A DNA stretch of 56,464 bases from Clostridia bacterium (GCA_045537365.1 JAZSPJ010000137.1:1-56464), one strand, 5' to 3'; counted from the stretch's first letter, positions 45,438 to 56,464 are shown. Notes: generated by a model from the sequence alone, not told the origin. Made by a program: numbers and translations.

Positions 45438-48400
45438 TTAAAAGAAGGTTATCTGGTCGCTTTCGGGCAAATCCTTAAACATACCCTGACCTCTCATAAT
45501 CTCTACAATTGTTTTGGTTACCTTTGCACGGTTTCTGAAATCGTCAACCGAGGCAAAAATCTGTTCATCTCTTGCCTCAACAATACTCTTTGCCGCATTT
45601 GTACCAAGACCTGCTATGGCATTAAGCGGCGGCAATATACCGTTTTCTGTTGGTATGAACTTATACGCATCGGATTTATAAAGGTCTATCGGTAAAAATT
45701 TAAGACCTCTTGCATACATTTCATTTACTACCTCAAATACGGTTATCATACCTTTTTCCTTTTCGCTTGCCTGCTTTTCGCGCTCTTTTTCTATAAGCAT
45801 TTTTGTAATCTGCAGTGCGTGGTCCCTTCCCTGTGCCATAAGCTCGGCATCGAAATCGTCTGCCCTTACGGTAAAGTAGGTGCAGTAAAATGCCATCGGG
45901 CAATATACCTTATAATAGGCTATTCTGTAAGCCATTGTAACGTATGCAACGGCATGGGCTTTAGGGAACATATATTTTATTTTTTTGCATGAGCCTATAT
46001 ACCATTCGGGTACATCATGGGCGCGCATTTCTTCCTCGTCCTCCGGCTTTAAGCCTTTACCTTTTCGAACGCTTTCCATTATTTTAAATGAGTGCGATTT
46101 ATCCATACCGTGATGTATTAAGTACATCATAATATCGTCACGGGTACAAATTGCCTCGGAAAGGGTTGTTTTGCCCTCCTGAATAAGGGTTTGTGCGTTG
46201 TTAAGCCACACATCTGTACCGTGCGAAAGACCTGATATACGCACAAGCTCCGAAAATGTTGTAGGCTTTGTATCCACAAGCATCTGGCGTACAAACTTTG
46301 TGCCGAATTCGGGTATTGCATAAGTGCCGACAGGTGAGTTTATATCCTCAGGTGTAACGCCGAGTGCATCGGTATTTAAAAATATACTCATTGTTTTTTG
46401 GTCACCAAAAGGTATATCATGTGCCTTTATGCCCGTTAAATCCTCAAGCATACGGATAACGGTGGGATCGTCGTGTCCAAGTATGTCAAGCTTTAACAGG
46501 TTTTTATCTATTTTATGGTAATCATAATGCAGGGTTATTATGTCCGACTGTGTATCGTCGGCAGGGTGCTGAATTGGCGAAAACTCGTGTACATCCCGGT
46601 TTTTGGGCACAACAATTATACCGCCGGGGTGCTGGCCTGTTGTACGCCTTACACCTGTTACGCCCTTAAGTAGTTTTTCCGCCTGTGCGTTGGATATACT
46701 CATATTGTGCTGTTCAAAGTATTTCATAACATATCCGTAGGCGGTTTTCTCCGCAACGGTTGCAATTGTACCCGCTCTGAAAACATGGCCTGTACCAAAA
46801 AGCTCCTCAATATACTTATGGGCAACAGGCTGATAATCACCCGAAAAGTTAAGGTCAATATCGGGCTCTTTATCGCCCTTAAAGCCCAAGAATGTCTGGA
46901 ATGGGATTTCGTGGCCGTCCTTATCCATAAGAGCTCCGCAGTTGGGACAGTTTTTATCGGGCATATCCCATCCGCAACCCACCGAGCCGTCGGTTATAAA
47001 TTCATTATGCTTACAGTTTGGGCAAACATAATGGGGCGGTAGAGAGTTTACCTCGGTTATACCGCTCATATATGCAACGAGCGACGAGCCGACCGAGCCT
47101 CGGCTTCCTACAAGATAACCGTCGCTGTTTGATTTAAAAACAAGCTTTTGTGCTATAATATAAAGCACCGAATATCCGTTGCTTATAATTGAGTTAAGCT
47201 CAATATCTATTCTTTCTTTTACAATTTCGGGCAAATTTTCGCCGTAAATGCTTTGTGCTTTTTCGTAGGTGAGCTGTCGCAAAAGCTCATCAGAGCCGGG
47301 TATTTCAGGCGGAGCCTTTTCATCGGGCACGGGTTTTACATTGTCTATCATATCCGCAATTTTATTGGGGTTTTCTATAACAACCTCGTGTGCAAGCTCC
47401 TCGCCAAGATATTCAAATTCCTTAAGCATTTCCTCGGTGGTGCGCAAATAAAGCGGTGGTTGAGTGTCTGCATCGTCATAGCCCTGACCTGCCTGAAGTA
47501 TTCGGCGGTAAATTTCGTCCTCGGGATTTAAAAAATGAACATCGCAGGTTGCAACAGTCATTTTATTATTGCGTTTTCCAAGCTCTATTATCTGCTTGTT
47601 TATATATTTTAAATCCTCCTCGCTTTCAACAAGACCGTCCCTTATTAAAAAGCGGTTGTTGCCAAGAGGCTGAATTTCAAGGTAATCGTAAAAGCTGATT
47701 ATTTCGTTTAATTTTGAATAATCAAGATTATATGGATTATCAAGAATTGCCCTGTAAAGCTCTCCCGCCTCGCAGGCAGAGCCTACAATAAGACCATTTC
47801 GGTATTGCCCAATAAGGCTTTTGGGCACTCTTGGCCGTTTGTAAAAATAATCAAGATGCGATTTTGAAATAATGTTATAAAGGTTTTGCATACCCTTTTG
47901 ATTTTTAACAAGCAAAATTGCGTGGTAGGTTTTAAGAGTACGAAAATCAACATCGCCTGCAAGCGATGTGTTAATATCCATAACATTTAAAATATTTCTT
48001 TCCTTTAAAATTTCGCAAAGCTTTAAAAATACATTTGCTGTTGCAAGTGCATCATCGCAAGCTCTGTGGTGGTTTTCAAGCTTTACTTTAAAATGCTTTG
48101 TGAGGGTATCGAGCTTATGGTTTTTTACATCCTTAACGGTTGCGCGGGCAAGGGTGAGGGTATCAAGCACGCAGAAATTGTATTCCATACCCAAATCAAG
48201 AGCCGCCTGTTTTATAAAGGATGTATCAAAGGACGCATTATGTGCTACAAGTACGCTGTTGCCCACAAATTCGTAAAATTTGGGAAGGATTTCGGCAATT
48301 GTAGGTGCATCCTTAACCATATCATCTGTAATGCCTGTAAGCTGTTGAATATTGTATGGTATTTCCTTTTCGGGATTTACAAACACATTAAAGCTATCGC

Positions 48401-49709
48401 ACACTTTACCGTTTGAAATTTTAACGGCGCCGATTTCGGTTATTTTTTCTCTGGCAGGCGAAAGACCTGTTGTTTCAAGGTCGAACACAACAAAATCGCC
48501 TTTCAATGAGCTGGTTGTTGAGCCTGAAACAATATTTACGGTATCGTTTACAAGATAACACTCAACGCCGTAAAGCACCTTTATATCCTCGCCGCCATTT
48601 GATGCACTGTATGCATCGCAAAATGCCTGTACAACGCCATGGTCGGTAACGGCAACTGCCTTATGCCCCCATTTTGCGGCGGTTTTAACAAGCGATTTTA
48701 CATCGGTCATAGCATCAAGGTTTGACATTGAGGTATGCATGTGCAATTCTACACGCTTTTGCTCGGAGTTATCCATTCTGCCTTTTGGTTTTGAACCTTT
48801 TGATATATCGTTTACCATAAGGGCATTTTCCTTTGCGTAGCTGTCGTACTGCATTCTGCCCTTTACTACTATATAGTTTCCGCATTTAAGGTCGCCTTTT
48901 ATTTCAGCATATTTTTCGGGTGCTACAAAAGCCTTACAGGAGTATGCATCGGTTGCATCTGCAATATAAAATGCTATAAGAATTTTGCCGTTTTTAAGCT
49001 CCCTTGAATCGGATTTTATTATTTCTCCGCCTGTTACAACAAAGGTTGTACCTTCCTCAAGCTCGCTTATGGGCACAGGTTCCTCTTTTATTTTTTTGCC
49101 TAAAATAACAGGGCTGTCCTCTCCGTCCTCCAAAACCTCTACCTTTGGCTTTGGCGGAGCCTTTTCAACAATCTCAATTTTTGGCAGGCTGTTTAAAATT
49201 TCCTGCTGTGCTTTCTCGATTTCCTCAGCGCAACTGTCGTCTTGAAATTCAACATCTATATTTTCGCCTGTTTGTGCCAAAATAAGCTTTTTAATAATTT
49301 CATTGCATTTAAGCTGATTGAGCATATCAATGCCGTACCTGCAATGTATGGTAAGTACAGTATCGTTAAGCTCAGCTCTGCTGTCTATAAAAAGGTGGCG
49401 CACACCGTGTACAATTTCGTTTACATAAAAAACAAGGTTAGAGTAATACTCGTCAACACCCAAAAGGCTTATGGTTGTATCGGTATATTTTACCTTAAGC
49501 AAAAATTCGTTTAAATTGTATTTAGTTTTAATGTAGCTTTTAAAATCCTCTATAACCTTATAATTTATAAGGGTTTCGGAGGAAACTGTAACTACCATTT
49601 TCCTGTCGCTTGCCGATGCTTTCGTATCAAAAAGCAATGCGTCCTTTAATTCTTCCGGCACGCTTGCATCGGGAAACACATTTTCAAGTTTAAGGTTTGT
49701 AGGTGACAT
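45438..49709 (-). CDS. polC: DNA polymerase III PolC-type alpha subunit (with internal 3'-5' exonuclease)
   Basis: 1423 aa. PHP domain (HMHTSMS), DEDD exonuclease insert (VVFDLETTGL, HNASFDTSF), and a zinc module CPNC...CPNC. Confidence 0.98.
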   Translation of the reverse strand: MSPTNLKLENVFPDASVPEELKDALLFDTKASASDRKMVVTVSSETLINYKVIEDFKSYIKTKYNLNEFLLKVKYTDTTISLLGVDEYYSNLVFYVNEIVHGVRHLFIDSRAELNDTVLTIHCRYGIDMLNQLKCNEIIKKLILAQTGENIDVEFQDDSCAEEIEKAQQEILNSLPKIEIVEKAPPKPKVEVLEDGEDSPVILGKKIKEEPVPISELEEGTTFVVTGGEIIKSDSRELKNGKILIAFYIADATDAYSCKAFVAPEKYAEIKGDLKCGNYIVVKGRMQYDSYAKENALMVNDISKGSKPKGRMDNSEQKRVELHMHTSMSNLDAMTDVKSLVKTAAKWGHKAVAVTDHGVVQAFCDAYSASNGGEDIKVLYGVECYLVNDTVNIVSGSTTSSLKGDFVVFDLETTGLSPAREKITEIGAVKISNGKVCDSFNVFVNPEKEIPYNIQQLTGITDDMVKDAPTIAEILPKFYEFVGNSVLVAHNASFDTSFIKQAALDLGMEYNFCVLDTLTLARATVKDVKNHKLDTLTKHFKVKLENHHRACDDALATANVFLKLCEILKERNILNVMDINTSLAGDVDFRTLKTYHAILLVKNQKGMQNLYNIISKSHLDYFYKRPRVPKSLIGQYRNGLIVGSACEAGELYRAILDNPYNLDYSKLNEIISFYDYLEIQPLGNNRFLIRDGLVESEEDLKYINKQIIELGKRNNKMTVATCDVHFLNPEDEIYRRILQAGQGYDDADTQPPLYLRTTEEMLKEFEYLGEELAHEVVIENPNKIADMIDNVKPVPDEKAPPEIPGSDELLRQLTYEKAQSIYGENLPEIVKERIDIELNSIISNGYSVLYIIAQKLVFKSNSDGYLVGSRGSVGSSLVAYMSGITEVNSLPPHYVCPNCKHNEFITDGSVGCGWDMPDKNCPNCGALMDKDGHEIPFQTFLGFKGDKEPDIDLNFSGDYQPVAHKYIEELFGTGHVFRAGTIATVAEKTAYGYVMKYFEQHNMSISNAQAEKLLKGVTGVRRTTGQHPGGIIVVPKNRDVHEFSPIQHPADDTQSDIITLHYDYHKIDKNLLKLDILGHDDPTVIRMLEDLTGIKAHDIPFGDQKTMSIFLNTDALGVTPEDINSPVGTYAIPEFGTKFVRQMLVDTKPTTFSELVRISGLSHGTDVWLNNAQTLIQEGKTTLSEAICTRDDIMMYLIHHGMDKSHSFKIMESVRKGKGLKPEDEEEMRAHDVPEWYIGSCKKIKYMFPKAHAVAYVTMAYRIAYYKVYCPMAFYCTYFTVRADDFDAELMAQGRDHALQITKMLIEKEREKQASEKEKGMITVFEVVNEMYARGLKFLPIDLYKSDAYKFIPTENGILPPLNAIAGLGTNAAKSIVEARDEQIFASVDDFRNRAKVTKTIVEIMRGQGMFKDLPESDQITFF

Positions 49710-49716
49710 TTTTTAT

Positions 49717-50760
49717 TTAACCTTCCATTTTTTCTATTTCTTGTTTAAGTACATCAAAAAGCATATCCTCGGGCACTTTTTTGTATGGCTCACCTTTTTT
49801 AAATATAAGACCCTCACCGTTGCCGCCTGCAATGCCGATATCTGCCTCTCTTGCCTCGCCCGGGCCGTTTACCACACAGCCCATAACTGCAACGGTAATG
49901 TTTTTATCTATGCCCGACAAATAATTTTCTACCTTGGTTGCAAGGGGTATAAGGTTTATGTTTGTTCTTGCGCAGGTGGGGCAGGATATAAACTTTGGCC
50001 CGCCGTCTCTTAAATCAAGGCTTTTTAAAATCTCTTTTGCAACAATTACTTCTTTTACGGGTTCATCGGTAAGCGATACTCTGATTGTGTCGCCTATACC
50101 GTCTGATAGCAGTGCACCAAGCCCTACTGCAGATTTTACAGTACCGCCTAAAAATGTTCCTGCCTCGGTTACTCCCAAATGCAGGGGATAATTGTAGGTT
50201 TTGCTCATTAATCTGTATGCGTCGATTGTAAGCCTTACATCCGATGCTTTTAATGATATTACAATATCGTCAAAGTCATATTTATTTAGCATATCTATAT
50301 GCTTTTTTGCACTTTCAACCATACCCTCGGCACAGGGCTTTTTGTATTTTTCCAGTATTGATTTTTCAATAGAACCGCTGTTTACACCGATTCGTATGGG
50401 TATATGATTCTTTTTTGCCATTTCGGCAACAAGGCGTACCCCCTCCTCGCTTCCTATGTTACCTGGGTTAATTCTTACCTTATCAACGCCGTTTTCCATA
50501 CTCATTAGAGCAAGGCGGTAGTCAAAATGTATATCCGCAACAAGAGGTATATGTATTCTTTTTTTAATTTCCTTTATCGCAAGAGCGCTTTCCTCATCGG
50601 GCACGGCAACTCTTATTATATCACAGCCTGCGTTTTCAAGCTCTGTAATCTGACGCACGGTGTCCTCGGTATTTTTTGTGCGTGTGTTGCACATAGACTG
50701 TATAAGCACGGGGTTATTACCGCCTATTTTTTTGCCTCCTATGGTTACACATTTTGTCAT
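49717..50760 (-). CDS. ispG: 4-hydroxy-3-methylbut-2-en-1-yl diphosphate synthase
   Basis: 347 aa. [15 protein letters not shown], and C-terminal FISCPTCAR...[10 protein letters not shown]. Confidence 0.95.
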   Translation of the reverse strand: MTKCVTIGGKKIGGNNPVLIQSMCNTRTKNTEDTVRQITELENAGCDIIRVAVPDEESALAIKEIKKRIHIPLVADIHFDYRLALMSMENGVDKVRINPGNIGSEEGVRLVAEMAKKNHIPIRIGVNSGSIEKSILEKYKKPCAEGMVESAKKHIDMLNKYDFDDIVISLKASDVRLTIDAYRLMSKTYNYPLHLGVTEAGTFLGGTVKSAVGLGALLSDGIGDTIRVSLTDEPVKEVIVAKEILKSLDLRDGGPKFISCPTCARTNINLIPLATKVENYLSGIDKNITVAVMGCVVNGPGEAREADIGIAGGNGEGLIFKKGEPYKKVPEDMLFDVLKQEIEKMEG

Positions 50761-50776
50761 TTTATAAATCTCCTTA

Positions 50777-51808
50777 TTATCCGAATGTAAGCTCGTTAAA
50801 AGACGGCATTATCTGTATATAGGTATTGCCGGGGTTTAATAAAAGCTCGTCGCCGTTTTCAAGTGTATAAACGGTTTTTGCATTTCTTGACGGCTTTGAC
50901 CAGTTTATTTTTACAGCCTTTGAATTTGTAAAATACCAGCCCTCTCCGCTTCCGATGTTTTTAATATCCTGCCTGCCTTTGTTTTCGCCGTCATTTAATG
51001 TGTAGTTTGATACCTTATATACTATAATATTTTTTGCATTTAAAACCTCGCCTGTTTGAGATGTGTGTGCTTCACCGTTTATACTGCGCTCGTACAAGCC
51101 AAGCTCCTCGTTATATGTGTATGTAACCCTGTAACCCTGCGAGTATGTTATATTAATTTGGGTTGCATTTGTTTCGCTTTTAGGTGTTTCGTCCTGCTTA
51201 AGGTATTTTAAAACCTTATTGTTTTCACTTTCAAAGCTGTATTTTTTTGTTTCCTTTGCAAAATCTGTTACCTTTTTAAGTGATGTATACAGGTTGTGCC
51301 AGGTTTTATCGTAGGTGTAATCTCTCCAGAACACGGAGCCATCGCCACCGGTTACGCCATTTATATTATTAATACCGAAATTTCTTAAATCTCTTGCCGC
51401 CTGCGGGCTATATCCGCAATGCACGTAAATGGCATCGTTTTCCATAGCATAGTCAATAAAATAATGCCTTGACGAGCGCACAGGCCCTAATTTTTCTATG
51501 TTGTAATCGTCAAAAAGTGCCATAAATCGGGTTGCTCCGCCCTCAACTATTATTTCATATACCAGGTAGGCGCTCTCAAGCCCAAGCTGCGGCCTTGCCC
51601 GTTTATCGTCGTTATCTATCATAAGGGCAATAGGTCTTGTTTTAAAATTTTCCATTCGTGTGTAAAAAGGGTGGTCCTTTAGTGTCTGCTCCTCTTGTTT
51701 AACGGGTTCGTGTGTAGTGTTATCCTGTGGTGCTTGCTTTTTCGGTGAGCAGGCTGAAAATAAAAATGCTGCTGCAAGTATTACTGCCCATAATTTTATA
51801 AGCTTCAT
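50777..51808 (-). CDS. DUF3048-family (YerB-like) lipoprotein
   Basis: Lipobox LFSAC after [15 protein letters not shown]. The [42 protein letters not shown] block is typical of DUF3048. The track ORF starts at 51838. Confidence 0.8.
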   Translation of the reverse strand: MKLIKLWAVILAAAFLFSACSPKKQAPQDNTTHEPVKQEEQTLKDHPFYTRMENFKTRPIALMIDNDDKRARPQLGLESAYLVYEIIVEGGATRFMALFDDYNIEKLGPVRSSRHYFIDYAMENDAIYVHCGYSPQAARDLRNFGINNINGVTGGDGSVFWRDYTYDKTWHNLYTSLKKVTDFAKETKKYSFESENNKVLKYLKQDETPKSETNATQINITYSQGYRVTYTYNEELGLYERSINGEAHTSQTGEVLNAKNIIVYKVSNYTLNDGENKGRQDIKNIGSGEGWYFTNSKAVKINWSKPSRNAKTVYTLENGDELLLNPGNTYIQIMPSFNELTFG

Positions 51809-51827
51809 AGTTGCATCCCCCTTTAAA

Positions 51828-52040
51828 TTAAATTTCAAAATTTTCTTTAGTGTAGTTACCTGTTTTTAATTTTGCTTTGGGCTTTATAACCCTTTTAAAT
51901 ACATCGTACTCAAAGCGTTTGCAAACATAGTCGTTTGGCTTTTTACCGCCGAATTCACACTTGATGTTTCTTGAGCCGTCTATAAACTCTGCGTGCTTGC
52001 AGAGATTACATTTTGGATTTTCACATTTTCTGTAAATCAT
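51828..52040 (-). CDS. Small (70 aa) Cys-rich, zinc-ribbon-like hypothetical protein
   Basis: ATG about 10 nt after GGGAGG. It carries C-x4-C-x2-C ... C ... C. I recognise no family. Confidence 0.45.
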   Translation of the reverse strand: MIYRKCENPKCNLCKHAEFIDGSRNIKCEFGGKKPNDYVCKRFEYDVFKRVIKPKAKLKTGNYTKENFEI

Positions 52041-52149
52041 AAACTTTTTTCCTCCCGTATGAGCATAAAACACCATTGTTTATTTTATACTATTTTATCA
52101 CAAGCTCAACACAAAATCAATAAAATTATGATAAATTAAACGAAAACAG

Positions 52150-52178
52150 TTGTAATTTTATAAAATTAATTATATAAT
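52150..52178 (+). promoter_or_regulatory. Promoter of cysS-mrnC
   Basis: TTGTAA, 17 nt, TATAAT. Confidence 0.5.
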
Positions 52179-52232
52179 ATAAGTTGGATGTAAGTATACA
52201 GCGCTAATTTTAAGTAACAGGAGTTGATTACT

Positions 52233-53621
52233 TTGAAACTTTATAACAGTATGACAAGACAAAAAGAGGAATTTATACCGCTTGAGGAAAACAAGGTAAA
52301 AATGTATTCCTGCGGACCTACGGTATATAATTACTTTCATATAGGAAATGCCCGTCCGTTTATAATTTTCGACACATTGAGAAGGTATCTGGAGTATATA
52401 GGCTACGAGGTAACCTTTGTGCAGAATTTTACGGATATAGATGATAAAATGATAAAACGCGCCAATGAGGAAAACATTACCGTAAAAGAGCTTGCGGACA
52501 GGTTCATCGGTGAGTACTATACCGATGCCGAGGGCCTTGGTATAGAAAAGGCGACCGTGCACCCAAAGGCAACCGAGAATATAGATGCAATAATTGAGCT
52601 TATATCGGAGCTTGAGAAAAAAGGCTTTGCTTATAATGTTGACGGCGATGTTTATTTCAGCGTAAAAAAATTTAAAGAGTACGGCAAGCTTTCGCATCAG
52701 CCTCTTGAAAATTTAGAGCTTGGTGCAAGGATAGCTGTTGGCGACAAGAAAAAAGAGCCTATGGATTTTGCTGTGTGGAAAGCACAAAAGCCCGGTGAGC
52801 CTGCATGGGAAAGCCCATGGGGAATGGGACGTCCAGGCTGGCATATAGAGTGCTCGGCAATGGCAAATAAGTATTTGGGTAAAACAATAGATATACATTC
52901 GGGCGGTAAGGATCTTATATTCCCTCACCACGAAAACGAGATTGCACAGAGCGAGTGCGCAAACGGCTGTGAGTTTGCAAGATACTGGCTACATAACGGC
53001 TACATAAATGTTGACGGGCAGAAAATGAGTAAATCCTTAAACAATTTCTTTACTGTAAGGGATGTTTCAAAGGAATTTAAATATAAAGTAATAAGATTTT
53101 TTATGCTTTCGGCACATTACAGAAACCCCATAAACTTCAGCGATGAGCTTTTAACACAGGCACAGGCGGGACTTGAGCGAATAAACACCTGTATAAAAAA
53201 TCTTGAATTTTTAAAGGGCAATGCACCCGATGCCGAAAAGGATGTACAATTATCCGAACAAACCCTTGCATTTAAACAGAATTTTAAAGATGCAATGGAC
53301 GACGATATAAACACAGCCGATGCAATAAGTGCAATATTTGATTTGGTTAAATTTTTAAATACAAATTATAGCGAAAATACAGCTCTTTTAAATGTGAGCG
53401 AGGCACATGAGCTTATTTGTGAGCTTTGCAATGTGCTTGGCATTTTAGATGCCGCAGAGGCAGAGTTTTTAGATGATGAAATAGAGGCACTTATAGAGGA
53501 GAGAAACAACGCAAGAAAAGAAAAGAACTTTGCCCGTGCCGATGAAATAAGGGATATGCTTAAAGAAAACGGCATTATACTTGAGGATACACGAGGCGGA
53601 GTAAAGTGGAAAAGAGTGTAA
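52233..53621 (+). CDS. cysS: Cysteine--tRNA ligase
   Basis: TTG start 9 nt after AGGAG, giving [14 protein letters not shown]. Motifs HIGNARP (HIGH) and KMSKS. The track ORF starts at 52224. Confidence 0.95.
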   Translation: MKLYNSMTRQKEEFIPLEENKVKMYSCGPTVYNYFHIGNARPFIIFDTLRRYLEYIGYEVTFVQNFTDIDDKMIKRANEENITVKELADRFIGEYYTDAEGLGIEKATVHPKATENIDAIIELISELEKKGFAYNVDGDVYFSVKKFKEYGKLSHQPLENLELGARIAVGDKKKEPMDFAVWKAQKPGEPAWESPWGMGRPGWHIECSAMANKYLGKTIDIHSGGKDLIFPHHENEIAQSECANGCEFARYWLHNGYINVDGQKMSKSLNNFFTVRDVSKEFKYKVIRFFMLSAHYRNPINFSDELLTQAQAGLERINTCIKNLEFLKGNAPDAEKDVQLSEQTLAFKQNFKDAMDDDINTADAISAIFDLVKFLNTNYSENTALLNVSEAHELICELCNVLGILDAAEAEFLDDEIEALIEERNNARKEKNFARADEIRDMLKENGIILEDTRGGVKWKRV

Positions 53622-53625
53622 AAGA

Positions 53626-54036
53626 ATGCTTGATTTTGAGTTTAATGTAAACTTAAGGGAGGTATCGCCTTTAGTGCTTGCGTATATAGGCGATGCAGTT
53701 TATGAGCTTTATGTGCGCACTTATCTGGTGCGTGATAACAATATGCCTGTTGCAAAGATTCATAAAAAGGCAACAGCATTTGTAAAGGCAGGTGCACAAA
53801 GCAAAATTATAGGCGGTATAGAAAAAAACCTTACCGACGAGGAGATTACTGTATTTAAAAGGGGCAGAAATGCTCATTCATATACAAGTGCAAAAAATGC
53901 AGATATTGTAGATTACAGACGGGCTACGGGCTTTGAGGCACTTATAGGCTATACTTATTTAAAAAAAGACGAAAAGCGGCTTAAGGAATTGCTTGATATG
54001 AGCATCTGCTATAAATGCGAAAGCGAGGCAGAATAG
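53626..54036 (+). CDS. mrnC: Mini-ribonuclease 3
   Basis: LAYIGDAVYELYVR RNase III-like signature. Its position after cysS is conserved. Confidence 0.9.
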   Translation: MLDFEFNVNLREVSPLVLAYIGDAVYELYVRTYLVRDNNMPVAKIHKKATAFVKAGAQSKIIGGIEKNLTDEEITVFKRGRNAHSYTSAKNADIVDYRRATGFEALIGYTYLKKDEKRLKELLDMSICYKCESEAE

Positions 54037-54076
54037 TTTTATAAATTACGGGCATATTTTTAAAAGGTGATAAAAT

Positions 54077-54940
54077 ATGCAAATAATTGGTAATTTAAAA
54101 GAAAAAGCTGCTTTTAAAACAATAAAAAGCTATACCCAGTTAACTCTAGGTGCGCTTTCAACCGCACTTGCGCTTAACTGGTTTTTGACACAGAACAATC
54201 TTGCGCCGGGAGGTGCAAGCGGTTTGGGTACAGTGCTTTTTAAAAGCATTGGTATACCGGTTTCGGTAACCGTGCTTGCGGTAAATATTGTGCTTTTGAT
54301 AGCAGGCTTTAAGCTTATGGGAAAAGCGGTTTTATTTAAAACTGTAATTGCAACGGTGCTTATGTCGGCTTTTATACAGATGTTTTCTCATATAAGTACA
54401 TTAAGTGACGATTTAATACTTTCTGCCGTGGTAGGCGGTGCTCTTTTAGGGCTTGGCACAGGGCTTACGGTTGCAGCAGGCGGTTCAACAGGCGGAACAG
54501 ACCTTGCGGCAATACTGCTTTCAAAGGTTTTTGGCGGTGTTTCCATAGCCAAGCTTATTTTGATTGTGGATTCATTTGTAATTCTTTTGTCAGGACTGGT
54601 ATTCGGCGATTACGAAATTATGCTTTATTCGGCACTTTCGCTTTTTATAGCTACCAAGGTTGCCGATAATATAATAGAAGGCGTAAATTTTGCGGTAATG
54701 CTTTATATTATCAGCAATAAGGGCAGTGAGATTGCAAAAGAGATTATAGTTAATATGCGTCACGGAGTAACCTCAATAAAGGGTACGGGTGAATATACGG
54801 GTAATTCTTATCCCGTTTTAATGTGCGCTATCAGAAAAAACGAGTTTGTTCACCTGAAAAAAATAGTAAAATCAATAGACGAAAATGCTTTTATAATCCT
54901 TACCGATGCAAGAAGCGTGTACGGAAAAGGATTTAATTAA
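54077..54940 (+). CDS. YitT-family membrane protein (C-terminal DUF2179)
   Basis: Polytopic N-terminus with GGSTGGTDL, and a C-terminal soluble domain. Confidence 0.85.
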   Translation: MQIIGNLKEKAAFKTIKSYTQLTLGALSTALALNWFLTQNNLAPGGASGLGTVLFKSIGIPVSVTVLAVNIVLLIAGFKLMGKAVLFKTVIATVLMSAFIQMFSHISTLSDDLILSAVVGGALLGLGTGLTVAAGGSTGGTDLAAILLSKVFGGVSIAKLILIVDSFVILLSGLVFGDYEIMLYSALSLFIATKVADNIIEGVNFAVMLYIISNKGSEIAKEIIVNMRHGVTSIKGTGEYTGNSYPVLMCAIRKNEFVHLKKIVKSIDENAFIILTDARSVYGKGFN

Positions 54941-54980
54941 TATTAATTTTTTAACACAAAAACAAGGAGGAAAAAGTATT

Positions 54981-55823
54981 ATGTTAAGCAATACCCAGTT
55001 AGAGCTTACTGCATACAAAATAAGAAAGAATGCAGTTACAGCTGTGTACAGTGCATCATCGGGACATCCGGGAGGCTCGCTTTCTGTTGCGGATATTCTT
55101 TCGGTACTGTATTTTGATTCGATGAATGTAGACCCGAAAAACCCTCAAAATCCGGACCGTGACAGGTTTGTGCTTTCAAAAGGACACTGTGCTCCTGCGC
55201 TTTACGCAACTTTGGCAGAGAAAGGATTTTTCCCTACAGAGGATATAAAAACTTTTAGAAAATACGGAAGCTACCTTCAGGGGCATCCTGATATGAAAGG
55301 TGTTCCGGGTGTTGATATGTCAACAGGCTCACTTGGTCAGGGAATATGCGCCGCAAACGGTATGGCACTTGCCGCAAAGCTTGACGGTAAGGATTACAGA
55401 GTATATACAGTTCTTGGCGATGGAGAGCTTGAAGAGGGCCAGGTTTGGGAGGCAGCTATGTTTGCTGCACATTATAAGCTTGATAATTTAACTGCATTTG
55501 TTGATTTTAACGGCTTGCAGATAGATGGCGATATTACAAAGGTTATGAACCCAACACCAATCGACAAAAAGTTTGAAGCTTTTGGCTGGAATGTAATTGT
55601 TATTGATGCTCATAATATAGAGGAAATAAAAAATGCTGTTGCAAAGGCTAAAGAAACAAAAGGCAAACCAACTGTAATAGTTGCAAAAAGCATAAAAGGC
55701 AAGGGCGTATCGTATATGGAAAACAACGCCGCTTGGCACGGAAGCGCTCCTAATGAGGAGCAGTATAATCAGGCAGTTTTAGAGCTTGATGCAAAAATAA
55801 AAGAACTGGAGGCGGCAATATAA
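54981..55823 (+). CDS. Transketolase, N-terminal (TPP-binding) subunit
   Basis: ATG after AAGGAGG. Motifs [19 protein letters not shown] and [13 protein letters not shown]. The track ORF starts at 54906. Confidence 0.9.
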   Translation: MLSNTQLELTAYKIRKNAVTAVYSASSGHPGGSLSVADILSVLYFDSMNVDPKNPQNPDRDRFVLSKGHCAPALYATLAEKGFFPTEDIKTFRKYGSYLQGHPDMKGVPGVDMSTGSLGQGICAANGMALAAKLDGKDYRVYTVLGDGELEEGQVWEAAMFAAHYKLDNLTAFVDFNGLQIDGDITKVMNPTPIDKKFEAFGWNVIVIDAHNIEEIKNAVAKAKETKGKPTVIVAKSIKGKGVSYMENNAAWHGSAPNEEQYNQAVLELDAKIKELEAAI

Positions 55824-56464
55824 TGGCAGAAAAGAAAATAGCTACAAGAGAGGCATACGGCAGTGCCCTTGCAGAGTTTGGCTGCAATGAAAATGTTGTT
55901 GTAATGGATGCCGACCTTTCAAAATCAACTAAAACCGATAGCTTTAAAAAGGTTTATCCCGAAAGATTTATAAACACAGGCATAGCCGAGGCTAATATGA
56001 TTACAACCGCTGCAGGCCTTGCAACTTGCGGAAAAACAGTATTTGCAAGTTCCTTTGCAATGTTTGCTGCAGGCAGAGCCTTTGAGCAGATAAGAAACTC
56101 GGTTTGCTACCCAAAACTCAATGTAAAAATAGGCGCAACACACGCAGGTATATCTGTTGGTGAGGACGGCGCAACACACCAGTGCCTTGAGGACATCGCG
56201 CTTATGCGCACTATTCCGAAGATGACCATTCTCAACCCCGCGGACGCAGTTGAAGCAAGAGCCTGCGTTGAAGCGGCACTGAATATCGACGGTCCCGTTT
56301 ATATGCGATTCGGCAGACTTGCGGTTCCGGTAATATTCGGCGACGACTACAAGTTCGAGGTTGGCCGTGGCGTTGATCTCGTCAAGGGTAATGACGTAAC
56401 GATCATCGCGACCGGATTTATGGTAGGCCCCGCACTTGACGCCGCAAAGCTTCTCGCAAACGAG
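55823..56464 (+). CDS. Transketolase, C-terminal (pyrimidine-binding) subunit, truncated by the window end
   Basis: The ATG overlaps the upstream TAA (TAATG). [20 protein letters not shown]...FINTGIAEANM...GEDGATHQ. The frame stays open to position 56464. Confidence 0.9.
   Translation, partial: MAEKKIATREAYGSALAEFGCNENVVVMDADLSKSTKTDSFKKVYPERFINTGIAEANMITTAAGLATCGKTVFASSFAMFAAGRAFEQIRNSVCYPKLNVKIGATHAGISVGEDGATHQCLEDIALMRTIPKMTILNPADAVEARACVEAALNIDGPVYMRFGRLAVPVIFGDDYKFEVGRGVDLVKGNDVTIIATGFMVGPALDAAKLLANE

Noticed and set aside
52077-52232. A T-box or other leader was expected upstream of cysS
   Set aside because: The spacer is short and AT-rich, with a TTGTAA-17-TATAAT promoter. It has no GGTGGTACCGCG-type T-box sequence and no terminator/antiterminator pair.
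1-56464. Searched by eye for tRNA/rRNA genes, IS elements, integrases, phage genes and defence-system genes
   Set aside because: No T-arm or acceptor-type motifs, transposase or recombinase-like ORFs, or multi-gene clusters of unknown function were seen. Apart from the HigBA-like pair, every ORF of 200 aa or more is either a recognisable housekeeping family or a membrane-anchored or TPR-type hypothetical protein.

Overview
A 56.5 kb chromosomal window from a low-GC, endospore-forming Firmicute. The Clostridia-type markers are PolC, a T-box leader, spmAB, sepF-ylmH-divIVA, a split transketolase, and frequent TTG/GTG starts behind strong GGAGG ribosome-binding sites.

The content is overwhelmingly housekeeping:
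- malic enzyme
- rpsF-ssb-rpsR
- citrate synthase
- miaB-ylbF-mutS-mutL-miaA, followed by an HlyD-like gene and yggS-sepF-ylmH-divIVA
- rsuA and tex
- a minus-strand string uvrB-uvrA-FHA-ftsW
- glmS, comM, an RluA-type synthase, mscL, and an orphan MsmK-like ATPase
- pheST behind a Phe T-box
- spmAB, mutS2, polC-ispG-DUF3048, cysS-mrnC, yitT, and tktA/B (the last is cut by the window end)

I saw no rRNA or tRNA genes, CRISPR arrays, transposases or integrases. The only classical accessory module is a HigB/HigA-like type II toxin-antitoxin pair with two palindromic operators.

Everything worth a second look is small or non-coding:
1. An unannotated type I toxin-antitoxin-like module at about 41.17-41.47 kb. 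It has a 22-aa hydrophobic peptide, a sequestered Shine-Dalgarno sequence (SD), and a convergent sRNA that shares a bidirectional terminator.
2. A very unusual array between glmS and comM (30.92-31.09 kb). A constant 8-9 nt unit (AGCTAAATT, then its complement AATTTAGCT) alternates with different tetraloop-type mini-hairpins. It sits behind a 23-bp palindrome that overlaps an extended -10 promoter.
3. An orphan promoter-to-terminator structured RNA at 41.55-41.71 kb, with riboswitch-like architecture and Spo0A-box-like sites upstream.
4. A tandemly duplicated hairpin module with compensatory stem changes upstream of rsuA.
5. A roughly 33-nt motif that recurs just after stop codons.
6. An abrupt in-frame GC and codon-usage jump in the last ~300 nt.

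All functional calls come from reading the translated ORFs and the DNA by eye. No database search was run.
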